Assembly: GCA_963714275.1 (NCBI GenBank)
Contig: CAVQNT010000006.1
Span: 64,001 to 128,000 of the forward strand
Source: Candidatus Bathyarchaeota archaeon
GTDB lineage: Archaea; Thermoproteota; Bathyarchaeia; Bathyarchaeales; DTEX01
Length of the DNA: 64,000 nucleotides
Direction of reading: 5' to 3'
A program made the translations under genes and the position numbers. This document shows, piece after piece, positions 1 through 8,701 of the stretch. The notes beneath the pieces are model-generated. The model made no database searches and was not told the DNA's origin. It saw nothing but the letters and a program-made list of their open reading frames with translations. The stretch's first letter is position 1, and each line of letters opens with the position of its first letter.

Positions 1-932
1 AAGGACCTTATAAAACCCGTTAAGGATCCTCAAAGCATCGAGGATCTTGTGGCTTACAGTCCTCTTGACTTTAATGTTTCTTCTTCTGACGAAGACAGGG
101 ATCCGAAAAGTCCTCGTTACGGGCTTCCAGAATTTTACACTTTTGTTCGAGGCAGCCAAACTGTAAGGGTTCATTATAGCCGAGTTATCCATTCTGCGAC
201 AAGGCTGTTGGATCATCCTTACAGAGGTCTCAGCACCCTTGAACCCGTGTATGATGACCTTACCGTCTTGCGTAACATTCGCTGGGGTATGGGTCAAACT
301 ATGGTTCGTTACGGTGGCGGTTTCCCTGACATCACATTGAAAGGTAAAGACGCGGACAAGATTGACGACTTCATTATGGGCAAACAGATGGAGACCGTTA
401 ACGCTAGGACATATTTTGTGCATAACGAGCTTCAAGAGCTTGAGTTTAAGGGCGTAGGCGGAGTTACGCTTGACCCAGAAAAGTATTATGTGCCCATCAT
501 GGAAAGCATCAGCGCAGGCTCCGGGATTCCATTAGCCATTTTACGGGGTGCCAGACTGGAGCATTAACTGGTTCAGAGGTTAATGAACGGGAATATTTCA
601 AGCTCATAAGTGATGCTCAAAGCCGTTACGAGCCTGGAGTCCGAAAATTGCTTGATATGCTTATCGAATGTGGACAGGTCCGTTGGTTCTATAATGTGCC
701 CAAGAAATATCGGGTCAGCTGGGGAGGAGGCTTCGAAGTAAACGAGAAGGACCAGGCCTTAACACAACTTTCAGTAGCGCAGGCAATGAATCTCCACTCA
801 AACTGGATGACTTTGAATGAGCTTAGAGCAACGATGGATCCACCGCTTCCTGCCCTTCCAAGTCCTCAGGGAGATCTTATTCTCGGGTTGGAGAAGCTGC
901 AGCAGTCACAGAAATTATTGTCACCTATTTAG
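1..932 (+). CDS. Viral portal protein, DUF1073-like; 5' truncated, frameshift near 552
   Basis: Frame is open from base 1. Motifs RVHYSRVIH, GLSTLEPVYDDL and SGIPLAILRG continue in another frame as QTGALTGSEVNEREYF...MTLNELR. Lies directly before the protease. Confidence 0.8.
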
Positions 933-934
933 AG

Positions 935-1829
935 ATGGTTGAAATGATGAAGATTGGAACATCGCAAGTTGAGTTGGATTCGACAAAAATCTTGAAGGAA
1001 GACGATGAAGAATTAGTCCTTCCCGGCATCCTTGCTCGCGAAGGCGTTTTTCCTTATCCTGGAGGACGAGCGTTTAGACCTCGTGAAAGACTGAAGTCAA
1101 GGCTAAAGACTTTCGAGGTGCCTAGAGTATTCGACTCAGAGACATCCTGATTCTATGGTCTTGACAGATCCTGATTTATGTGTCGGCAAAGTTGACGGTG
1201 TGACTTGGAATGAAGATAAAGGCGAAGTTCACGGTAATGTCCATTTATTCAAAAATTGCTTAACTCCTGAGTTTCTTGCTGGAGTTAAATCTGGTGCATT
1301 TTCTAAAAATAGCATGGGGTTTCTTTTCAGGGAAGATGCGACCAGTGGCGAATTTAATGGTCAAGCGTATGATTATGTGCAGCGGAAGATTCTTGTGGAT
1401 CATATAGCCGTGGGAGTTCCGAACCCGAGAGATCCAGGTTGCATCCTTGGCGTAGATGATTTTTCAAGTGAAATAAGTGTGAACCTTAAGGGCGCTGATG
1501 CTTGGGAAACAAGTTTCATTAACGACCTGCCTGACTCGTCCTTCGCATACGTCGAGGATGGCGGAAAAAAGGATGATGAAGGCAAAACTGTTCCCCGAAG
1601 CCTTAGGCACCTACCCTACAAAAACGGTCAAGGCACCATTGACCACGACCACCTCGTTAACGCTCTTGCAAGGGTTAGCCAGTCTGCAACTTTGCCTGAA
1701 GGCGGAAAGACAGCTGCTAAAGACAAATTGTGTGGCGCAATCCGTAGCTGGAACAATGAACACGCTGACAGCAAGATTGAGTCAGAAGTTTGTGGCGTAA
1801 CGGGAGATTGTCTCCTGGACGCCTTTTGA
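935..1829 (+). CDS. Prohead maturation protease, DUF2213-like, with an extra C-terminal domain; frameshifted near 1085-1140
   Basis: LAREGVFPY, then HPDSMVL (cat cct at 1143, in frame with 1155), KNSMGF, YDYVQRKILVDHIAVG. Position between portal and scaffold. Confidence 0.8.
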
Positions 1830-1959
1830 GGAGATTGAGAGGTCAAAGAGACTGTTCATAGTCACTAAATTCAACAATTTAGGGATAGAATTGCATCGAG
1901 ATGATGGTGCTGAGACTCACGACGGGTCTTTAAACTAGCAAAAAAATGGAAAAAAGAAA

Positions 1960-2372
1960 ATGTCAAATCAGGACGGGTCAGATGCGGAACAAAACAAAGC
2001 CATAAAGGTTACTATTGACCAGGTGATGGCTGAAAACCTAAGTTTGAAGCAGATAGTTCAAGATCTGGACCAAACTGTGAAGGATCTTACATCTCAGCTT
2101 AAGGCTGCGAATGACGTGCTTGAAGCGCAAGCGAGGGCGAAGTTGATTGCGGAAATCAAACCCCGCAGCAGATATTCTGACGAGGACTTAACGAAACTTT
2201 CGCTTGACGACTTAACAAACATCAAGGTTACGCTTGACAACGCTAAAATGTCGAACTTACAAGAACATCCACTTCGGTCCCCTAGGGATTGATGAAGCGC
2301 AAGGACGAGGGACTAACCGTAGGAGACCTATCGGTTGTCACAGAAGCTAAACGCAAAGCAAGGAGCGCATAA
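1960..2372 (+). CDS. Capsid scaffolding protein, coiled-coil; C-terminus reconstructed across indels
   Basis: Heptad-rich helix LKQIVQDLDQTVKDLTSQLKAANDVLE. Shifted frames read TYKNIHFGPLGIDEA, then KDEGLTVGDLSVVTEAKRKARSA with a stop at 2370-2372, 2 nt before the next ATG. Confidence 0.7.
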
Positions 2373-2374
2373 GT

Positions 2375-2851
2375 ATGCCACAATTTCTCGTTAAACCCAC
2401 GAACCAAGTTGTGGTTCAGGGCAACCCGATAAAGGTTGAATACGAAGTTGGAGCGAATGCTACGGCTGCAAAAATGCTTCCTGGAAGACTTGTAATCTAT
2501 GACACTGTTGCTAAGGCTGTTAAAGAGGCTGGAGCCGAAGCTGACAACGTTTTAGGATTCCTTGATGTCGCAGCTGAATATCTTGAAGCTACACATTACG
2601 AGGTAGGCGACCAAGTCTTGGTTGTCATGGGTGAATGTATCGCTAAACTAACTTTGTTGGCAAGCGAAAACGTTGCTCCTGGAGACTGGTTGGTTGCTGC
2701 TGCTGATGGAAAAGTTGCGAAGCAAGCTGTTGGTGCTATGGGGGCTCAGGGAATGCCTGTTGGGCAAGCTTTGGAACTGAGTAATGTTACGGTTGACGCT
2801 GAGATCTTGGTTCATTGGATTCCGTGCGCTGAGCCTGCTGCTGCAAGTTAA
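2375..2851 (+). CDS. Capsid decoration/cement protein
   Basis: Ala/Val/Gly-rich beta protein (PGRLV, GDQVLV, GDWLVAAADGKV, VGQALE) immediately upstream of the capsid gene. Confidence 0.65.
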   Translation: MPQFLVKPTNQVVVQGNPIKVEYEVGANATAAKMLPGRLVIYDTVAKAVKEAGAEADNVLGFLDVAAEYLEATHYEVGDQVLVVMGECIAKLTLLASENVAPGDWLVAAADGKVAKQAVGAMGAQGMPVGQALELSNVTVDAEILVHWIPCAEPAAAS

Positions 2852-2863
2852 GGGTGATCTGAT

Positions 2864-3742
2864 ATGAAACCGCTTACAAAAGTTGGTTTAGAAACAGGTT
2901 CCTTAACTGATGAAGAACTCCGTTACCTTGACGGCAGAGTTGTTGAAACGGTGAGACCTCTGCTTGTTGGTAGACGGTTGTTCCCAGTGTTCAGGCTTCC
3001 GAACGCAGGAATTAAGACTGTCCGAGGCTGGAAAGAAACGGACATGAGCCAAGCGACGATTGACATGAACGGTCAGGTAGACGCTTTTGACAGGATTGAA
3101 CTCGCAGAATTCGACATCAAAGTGCCAGTGATAGCCAAAGGCTTCAGATTGAATTGGAGAGACATCCTCGCTTCACGTAACGGCGGAATTCCGATTGACG
3201 CCCGAAGCATAGAGAATGCTGCTCGACAATGCGCTGAAGAAGAAGATCAACTACTGTTAACTGGAGAACGGACAAGTTGGAAGGCTCTCGGAATCGAAGG
3301 ATTAGCTACTGCTACGGGCAAAGAAACTCAGGGGTCAGCTGGAGCTTGGGGAGCAAACAGCATCGTCGACGTTAGTGCTTGCATTGCTAAGCTTGAGGCA
3401 GGCGGACACTACGGTCCTTACGCTTTAGTCGTGAGGTCAGCGTGGTATGCGAAGCTGAGAGCATTGATTGCTAACACAGGCATCTTTTACCTCGAAAAAG
3501 TCGCTGAGCTCGTGAAGGCAGGAATCTTCGTGAGCGACAACCTCTATTCAAGCGCTGATGCGACAACAATCGCATTAGTCGTTGAACCAACTCAGGAAAA
3601 CTTTGAGCTCGTAGTCGGACAAGACATGAACACGTGGACAGTTCAAGACGAAAACATGAACACTAAAGGCAAAGTTTACGAGGTCGTTGCGCCCCGCATC
3701 AAAAGACCTGAATCTATCTGTGTTTTGACTGGATTATCTTAA
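2864..3742 (+). CDS. HK97-fold major capsid protein, family 1 encapsulin / Linocin M18-like
   Basis: LTDEELRYLD..VVETVRPLLVGRR, AARQCAEEEDQLLLTG..GIEGL, LEAGGHYGPYALVV, NFELVVGQD and EVVAPRIKRPESICVL match the encapsulin motif series. Confidence 0.88.
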   Translation: MKPLTKVGLETGSLTDEELRYLDGRVVETVRPLLVGRRLFPVFRLPNAGIKTVRGWKETDMSQATIDMNGQVDAFDRIELAEFDIKVPVIAKGFRLNWRDILASRNGGIPIDARSIENAARQCAEEEDQLLLTGERTSWKALGIEGLATATGKETQGSAGAWGANSIVDVSACIAKLEAGGHYGPYALVVRSAWYAKLRALIANTGIFYLEKVAELVKAGIFVSDNLYSSADATTIALVVEPTQENFELVVGQDMNTWTVQDENMNTKGKVYEVVAPRIKRPESICVLTGLS

Positions 3743-3818
3743 GGGGCGCTAAGGTAGTCCTAATAAAATTTTTTCCTCCGCTTTTTAGGAGCGTTCAATA
3801 CGAGTAGTCATCAAAAAC

Positions 3819-4151
3819 ATGGAGAAAAAAGGATTGCCAGAACTGATAGCGTATGCGGGACCGATAGAGACGACAGATGCTTACGCGACAGCATTGAAGG
3901 TTAAGCTTCCCCCTCAAATCAGCAAGGCCATGGTTCACATTAAGGAGCTTGACGTGAACGATATTGATTGGAAGATTCTCGGCAGCATAGATGATGACAT
4001 CTATTTTGAGGAAAACGCTGAAGCAACAGTCACGAAAGACGATTCAGATGTCCACGAAGTAACGAAAGCGTGGATTTACCTTGACATCCAGGTGAAGTCT
4101 ACCGTGTCCAACAATTCAGGCGAGATTGCAGTCGCAGTTTCAGGGGCTTAA
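3819..4151 (+). CDS. Hypothetical beta-rich protein, probably virion-associated
   Basis: Intact acidic 110-aa ORF directly after the capsid gene. Confidence 0.55.
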   Translation: MEKKGLPELIAYAGPIETTDAYATALKVKLPPQISKAMVHIKELDVNDIDWKILGSIDDDIYFEENAEATVTKDDSDVHEVTKAWIYLDIQVKSTVSNNSGEIAVAVSGA

Positions 4152-4154
4152 GCG

Positions 4155-4406
4155 ATGAGATTCAGGATCTTACCGAAAGTCAAAAGTTTCAGTGACGCTG
4201 CGGGAAACCTTCATTGTCCTGGAGACATCGTAGATCTTCCGCCTAGTTATCTTGGCGAAAATTGGCTTGAGCCAGTTGACAAGGTTGACGTCAAAAAGAC
4301 TGAGGCACGTTTGGAACCTTCCAAGCCTGTTGCGGAGAAAGAAGCAGTTGTCCCCTTCGAGACCCCAAAGACGCAGAGGAAGGTAAAAAAAAAGTTAAAG
4401 TCCTAA
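4155..4406 (+). CDS. Small viral protein with GDIVDLP motif and Lys/Glu/Pro-rich tail
   Basis: Tightly coupled ORF. Resembles small proteins commonly found after phage capsid genes. Confidence 0.55.
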   Translation: MRFRILPKVKSFSDAAGNLHCPGDIVDLPPSYLGENWLEPVDKVDVKKTEARLEPSKPVAEKEAVVPFETPKTQRKVKKKLKS

Positions 4407-5000
4407 TCGGCGTTCCATGCCTGAACGACAAGGACAGGTATGCAGGTTACAGAGACTTAATCTTATATGCTGCTGAACTGTCGATTGGAGACGTAGAACA
4501 CAGCGTTTATGTTTCTCCGAATTCGAGGGCAATCGAGGTATACGGGATAGTTGAATGCGACAACGACATAGTCAAATATTTTTTGAGCAAAGATTTTACG
4601 TATCTTTGGATGGTTGAGCTTGACACCGTTGTCCCTAAAGACGCTTTCTCTCGAGCTTTTTGGTTTAGACGTTGACATTGCCCTCGGTTATTTTCCGAGC
4701 CACCGAGACTTTAACAGGCTGATCGCTGGCTGGATCGGTGAAGACGGTAAAGTCTACTATCTTCCACGGTTCGCGTTGAAGGGTCAGGTCCTGCGTGGCT
4801 GGGTTTTCGCTGGGACAGGATGTATGCTTGTTAAAAGGCGTGTCTTCGAGGTTGGGGGAATCCGTTTCAAATACAATCCTGACGTCGGTGGACCTGACGT
4901 TTCATTCATGTTTGATTCTTTGCGAAGAGGGTTTACTGCAGCCCTCCATGGAGACGTAGAATGCGGACACTTGCCTGAATGGCTGTTGAAGGAGGGTTGA
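4394..5000 (+). CDS. GT-A (GT2-like) glycosyltransferase; start unclear, frameshift near 4650
   Basis: The frame from 4394 reads VKVLIGVPC...FTYLWMVELDTVVPKDAF. It continues as DVDIALG...AGTGCMLVKRRVFE...GPDVSF...DVECGH. Confidence 0.7.
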
Positions 5001-5004
5001 AGGC

Positions 5005-5280
5005 GTGGGTTTGGATAATGCACACTCTGGAACTTCTTCGAAAAAATTGGTTGATAAACATAGAGTTATTGAAAAAAAGATTTTGTTCACTCTTTTGAAT
5101 GGACCTGTGAGACTTCGTGACATTTTGAAACATGCTTACAAAGACTCTGCGCCCGTTTACAGTGGCACCCAGGTTGTTTATTGGTTAAGAGATAACGGTT
5201 ACATCCAAAAAACAGGCAAAGGTCATAGCGACCCTTACATGATCACTGAACGGGGACGAAGATACTATGATTGCACCTGA
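5005..5280 (+). CDS. Winged helix-turn-helix protein
   Basis: ILFTLLNGPVRLRDIL...WLRDNGYIQK...YMITERG pattern. Confidence 0.7.
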   Translation: MGLDNAHSGTSSKKLVDKHRVIEKKILFTLLNGPVRLRDILKHAYKDSAPVYSGTQVVYWLRDNGYIQKTGKGHSDPYMITERGRRYYDCT

Positions 5281-5680
5281 CTCCAAAAAGAAAGAAGATT
5301 TTAAAAGAGCACTATTGAGCTGGGAAACAAAACACAGCATCCTCGTCGTAAGGGAAGACGGGAAATTCTTTCAAATTTTTAGGATCCTGAAATCTCGTAG
5401 GAAAATTAGTCCTTGGACCTGCTGGCGTAATGAATGTTTATGCAGTAAACAGTTAAGTCGTCCGCACTTGACTTGTTTCAGCTGCAGAATCAGAAGGGTC
5501 ATTGGTAAAGAGATTCCTCCAATCCTCGAAGTTACACCTTACGTTTTACTGATTCCACGGTACCGGGGAAAGCTGAAGACTTTTCTGGGAAAGAAGTTCT
5601 GCACGTTAGTGAAAGATTTAATCGGTAAAATCCCTTACTATACAGTTAGTGAACTAAACGGTAATCCCCATTTTAGGTGA
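5267..5680 (+). CDS. Hypothetical basic Cys-rich protein
   Basis: 137-aa ORF overlapping the wHTH stop; CWRNECLC...CFSC. Confidence 0.45.
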   Translation: MIAPDSKKKEDFKRALLSWETKHSILVVREDGKFFQIFRILKSRRKISPWTCWRNECLCSKQLSRPHLTCFSCRIRRVIGKEIPPILEVTPYVLLIPRYRGKLKTFLGKKFCTLVKDLIGKIPYYTVSELNGNPHFR

Positions 5681-5736
5681 GCTTAGCTAATTGGTCTATG
5701 AATCTGTTATAGTAGTCTATTGGCTCAAATAACTAT

Positions 5737-6464
5737 CTAGATTTTCCAGAAAGCCATGTATCCCCTTCTTTGTTTTTTCATTTCCTTCACTCTTTGTTCT
5801 AGGTCAGCTTTGCCTTTTTCATATTCTTCCTTCTTTATCAAATCATCTTCAAACATCTGCTTCAATAGAATAGGTAGAATTTCGGCAACTGGCGGAGTTA
5901 TTTGATTAAAAAACTCATCGATTTTTTCTTTAGGTATCATAAAAAGATTCTTAGAAGTTTCTTCGACAAAGGATATAAAGTCTGAAAAAATTTCCTTGGC
6001 AGACACAAAATCCAACTGTGCGAAATCCATCGGATTTTTCCATTCACTATTCTTATGGTCGACATATAGACAGACTTTCTCGAACCCTTCTAAATTCATT
6101 GACAGCCTCGCCAAGTTCTTTTATCGATTTTTCTATTTCCTGTCTGGACGGCTTTTTCTTGGGATAGACTAGTTCTCCCCTCTTCTGACTTGCGTAGATG
6201 CCAAGGGCGAAGGCTGTTTTAGATTTGTGGTCCATTAAATCCTTTCTTACTTTTTCATCGTATTCAAAAAAACCCACATAAGTCATCGCATAAAAATATG
6301 CCTTTGCCAGCTTCCTCCATTGCAGTAAAGTATAGGAAGAAAGCATGGGCAAAACTATTATTCTCTGCCAATATGTCTGCGTCTTGCGTAAGACGATTCA
6401 CATGATCCATACAGATATCTCTGCCTTTTCTAAAATCAATTTGTTTTAGCATGTTCATCCCCAT
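5737..6464 (-). CDS. AbiV-family (HEPN) abortive-infection protein; two frameshifts
   Basis: Three overlapping ORFs join as RLTQDADIL..AHAFFLYFTAMEExxK / DHKSK / RExCLYVD...WKNP, the AbiV motif order. Confidence 0.72.
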
Positions 6465-6478
6465 TCTTCATAATAACA

Positions 6479-6754
6479 TTACAACATACTACTGGTTACA
6501 ATCATATATCTTAATCCACAAGAACCTTGAATGCGAGATATGTTAACAACACGAACGCGCGCTTCATTTCTTCTATACAAAATTCTTCCGTGAGGTTCCG
6601 TAAATAATTTCGTTCCGCATTTCTTACAATAGAAGGTTTTACCACCGAAAAAAATGTTTTTTACTTCATAACAATTTTTGCATATAGTAAAAGCTAGTGA
6701 ACTGTAGCCAGCTATAAAATTGGCGCATGTGGTACTCTTGGTGCGCGCACACAC
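6479..6754 (-). CDS. Possible small zinc-ribbon protein
   Basis: CKNC...CKKC pair; start uncertain. Confidence 0.4.
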   Translation of the reverse strand: MCARTKSTTCANFIAGYSSLAFTICKNCYEVKNIFFGGKTFYCKKCGTKLFTEPHGRILYRRNEARVRVVNISRIQGSCGLRYMIVTSSML

Positions 6755-6852
6755 ACATTTCTAACTAAATGATAAAAATCACAAAAATATTTTGTCAAGA
6801 ACTGTCAAAAATAAAAAATGTCAATTCGTCAATGTCAAAAATCGCAGGCTCA

Positions 6853-8217
6853 CTAACGTATTTTCATTTTGCATATATTACCGAGAAATTCTTGGTTCAA
6901 GGGTTTATTTGGACCAGTGTTTTTCACACTTCTTATCTTTACCTTATAAAATGCTTTTTCGTGCTCTTGAAAATAAGCAGATGTTGTTAGAATAACTGCA
7001 TTTACTCTTTTCGTTAGTTTCAGTTTTCCTTTTAATCCGTTTTCAAGAAGCATTAAATCTCTTGCAAGCTCCTTCTCGTCCCTGTAAAACCCCATGTTCA
7101 TTTCGATGTAGATTATTCCAGGTCCCTCTGTGGGTATCTGAGTATAGGCATGATCAAATGAATTAAGAATACCTTTTATTCGATCAGGTAAGAGCGACGA
7201 AACAAACACCACAAGACGGGGATTCTTGTGCTTAGGCTCAGGGGCATTAATCGATACGTTATCTCTTTCCAGATAGAGATCTATTACAGGATTTGTCCAA
7301 TCAAAACTAAATCCATCCATACTTGGTTTGATGTTTTCATCTGAATGGTGATAAATATCTAGCGTAGGTTCATGCATATTAACATTAAATTCTCGGAGAT
7401 CGGGCTTAAAATGACCGTCTATAACATTGTTTAATTTAGGGAATTCTTTCAAAATTATTTGGAATTTATTTGCTGTAAATACCCCGCATTTTGAGTTTTT
7501 AATTGAAGTTTGAATGTATTCTATTAGAAAGTCTTTATCTGCCGTTGTTAGATCTGAATCTGTTTTAACAACAGCAGCGTAATTTTTCCCAAGGTTATCT
7601 AAAGCCTTCAGAACATTTACTAAGATTTCATCCCAGAGGTATTGGTTGCGCATGTCTCTTTGTGACTTCTTATCTTTTTGCTTGCATTCAACATAGACTT
7701 TCTCTCCATCTTTTTCAACGCACATATCTGGCGTCTTCTCTTTTTCTTCCTTAATAAAGCAAACTTGGTATCCTGCTCGCTTGAGAGAAGATGCTACTTT
7801 TATCTCATATACAGCCTTCTCAAAACTCACAGAATCTGTTAATCTTGTTCTCCACATTTTTCGAGTACTATTTTTTATCTTTCTGCCATCCTTGCTAATC
7901 AATGCAATAGATTCTATTTCCATTAAATTATTACCAAGATCAAATAACTCCAACAATTCCTTTGTAAAAGAATGGGTTTGCTTTTGAAGGAGACTTTGAT
8001 AATTAGGATAGCCTTTTCGCCACAAAGCAATAAGAGGATTAGGAGTTGGGCTGATCAGATGCCCATATTTCTTAGGTTTATGATCTGTACTTGCTTTCGC
8101 TATAATTATTGGTTTGTGCTCAGAAACCTTGAAAAATTCTTCCCCAGTAGTAGATACGACCTTTTCTATGGCTAGGCGAATGCTATCTATTGTTATTTTC
8201 CATTCCTTGTAAGTCAT
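6853..8217 (-). CDS. Hypothetical protein with a PD-(D/E)xK nuclease-like domain
   Basis: YEIKVASSL...KTPDMCV...VYVECKQK. ATG at 8217 chosen as start. AT-rich. Confidence 0.65.
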   Translation of the reverse strand: MTYKEWKITIDSIRLAIEKVVSTTGEEFFKVSEHKPIIIAKASTDHKPKKYGHLISPTPNPLIALWRKGYPNYQSLLQKQTHSFTKELLELFDLGNNLMEIESIALISKDGRKIKNSTRKMWRTRLTDSVSFEKAVYEIKVASSLKRAGYQVCFIKEEKEKTPDMCVEKDGEKVYVECKQKDKKSQRDMRNQYLWDEILVNVLKALDNLGKNYAAVVKTDSDLTTADKDFLIEYIQTSIKNSKCGVFTANKFQIILKEFPKLNNVIDGHFKPDLREFNVNMHEPTLDIYHHSDENIKPSMDGFSFDWTNPVIDLYLERDNVSINAPEPKHKNPRLVVFVSSLLPDRIKGILNSFDHAYTQIPTEGPGIIYIEMNMGFYRDEKELARDLMLLENGLKGKLKLTKRVNAVILTTSAYFQEHEKAFYKVKIRSVKNTGPNKPLNQEFLGNICKMKIR

Positions 8218-8319
8218 AATTTCAATCGACGATGAAATAAAATGTACTTTAACTTTTATATAGCGTGCGCTGGTAGATACAAAAAGAGTCAATTATTCTG
8301 ATAATTAACAAAGCACGCT

Positions 8320-8448
8320 TTATTGTCTAGTTAGTCTATTTTTTTTTTTAGTTGCTTTTTTGAGAATATCTACCATATAATCATGTAGCGTTTTTCCTTC
8401 TAAGGCTGCTTTTGAGACATGATACATGTTTTCATCATTCGTACACAT
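8320..8448 (-). CDS. Possible very small ribbon-helix-helix-like ORF (42 aa), not in the ORF track
   Basis: MCTNDENMYHVSKAALEGKTLHDYMVDILKKAT..., divergent from the integrase. Confidence 0.3.
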   Translation of the reverse strand: MCTNDENMYHVSKAALEGKTLHDYMVDILKKATKKKNRLTRQ

Positions 8449-8701
8449 GTAATATTGTTAAAGTCCCTCCCTAACCACTACACTTTTCTGTATTTGGAAT
8501 CATTTGCCCTATGAGACTATGGACAGATATTTTACTAATACTGTTTCAGGATATCCATAAAAAATAAAAAAAACACCAATATATAGTATTATATATAATC
8601 TCCCCCTTTTCTGGGCATTTTATATACCATAAAACATATATGTTGGAAAACTATACTTTTACAATATATATCCAAAGTATAAGAAATGTGGAATAAGACT
8701 A

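Noticed and set aside
2864-3742. An ordinary cellular encapsulin operon
   Set aside because: The neighbours are portal, protease, scaffold and decoration genes, and no cargo enzyme gene is present.
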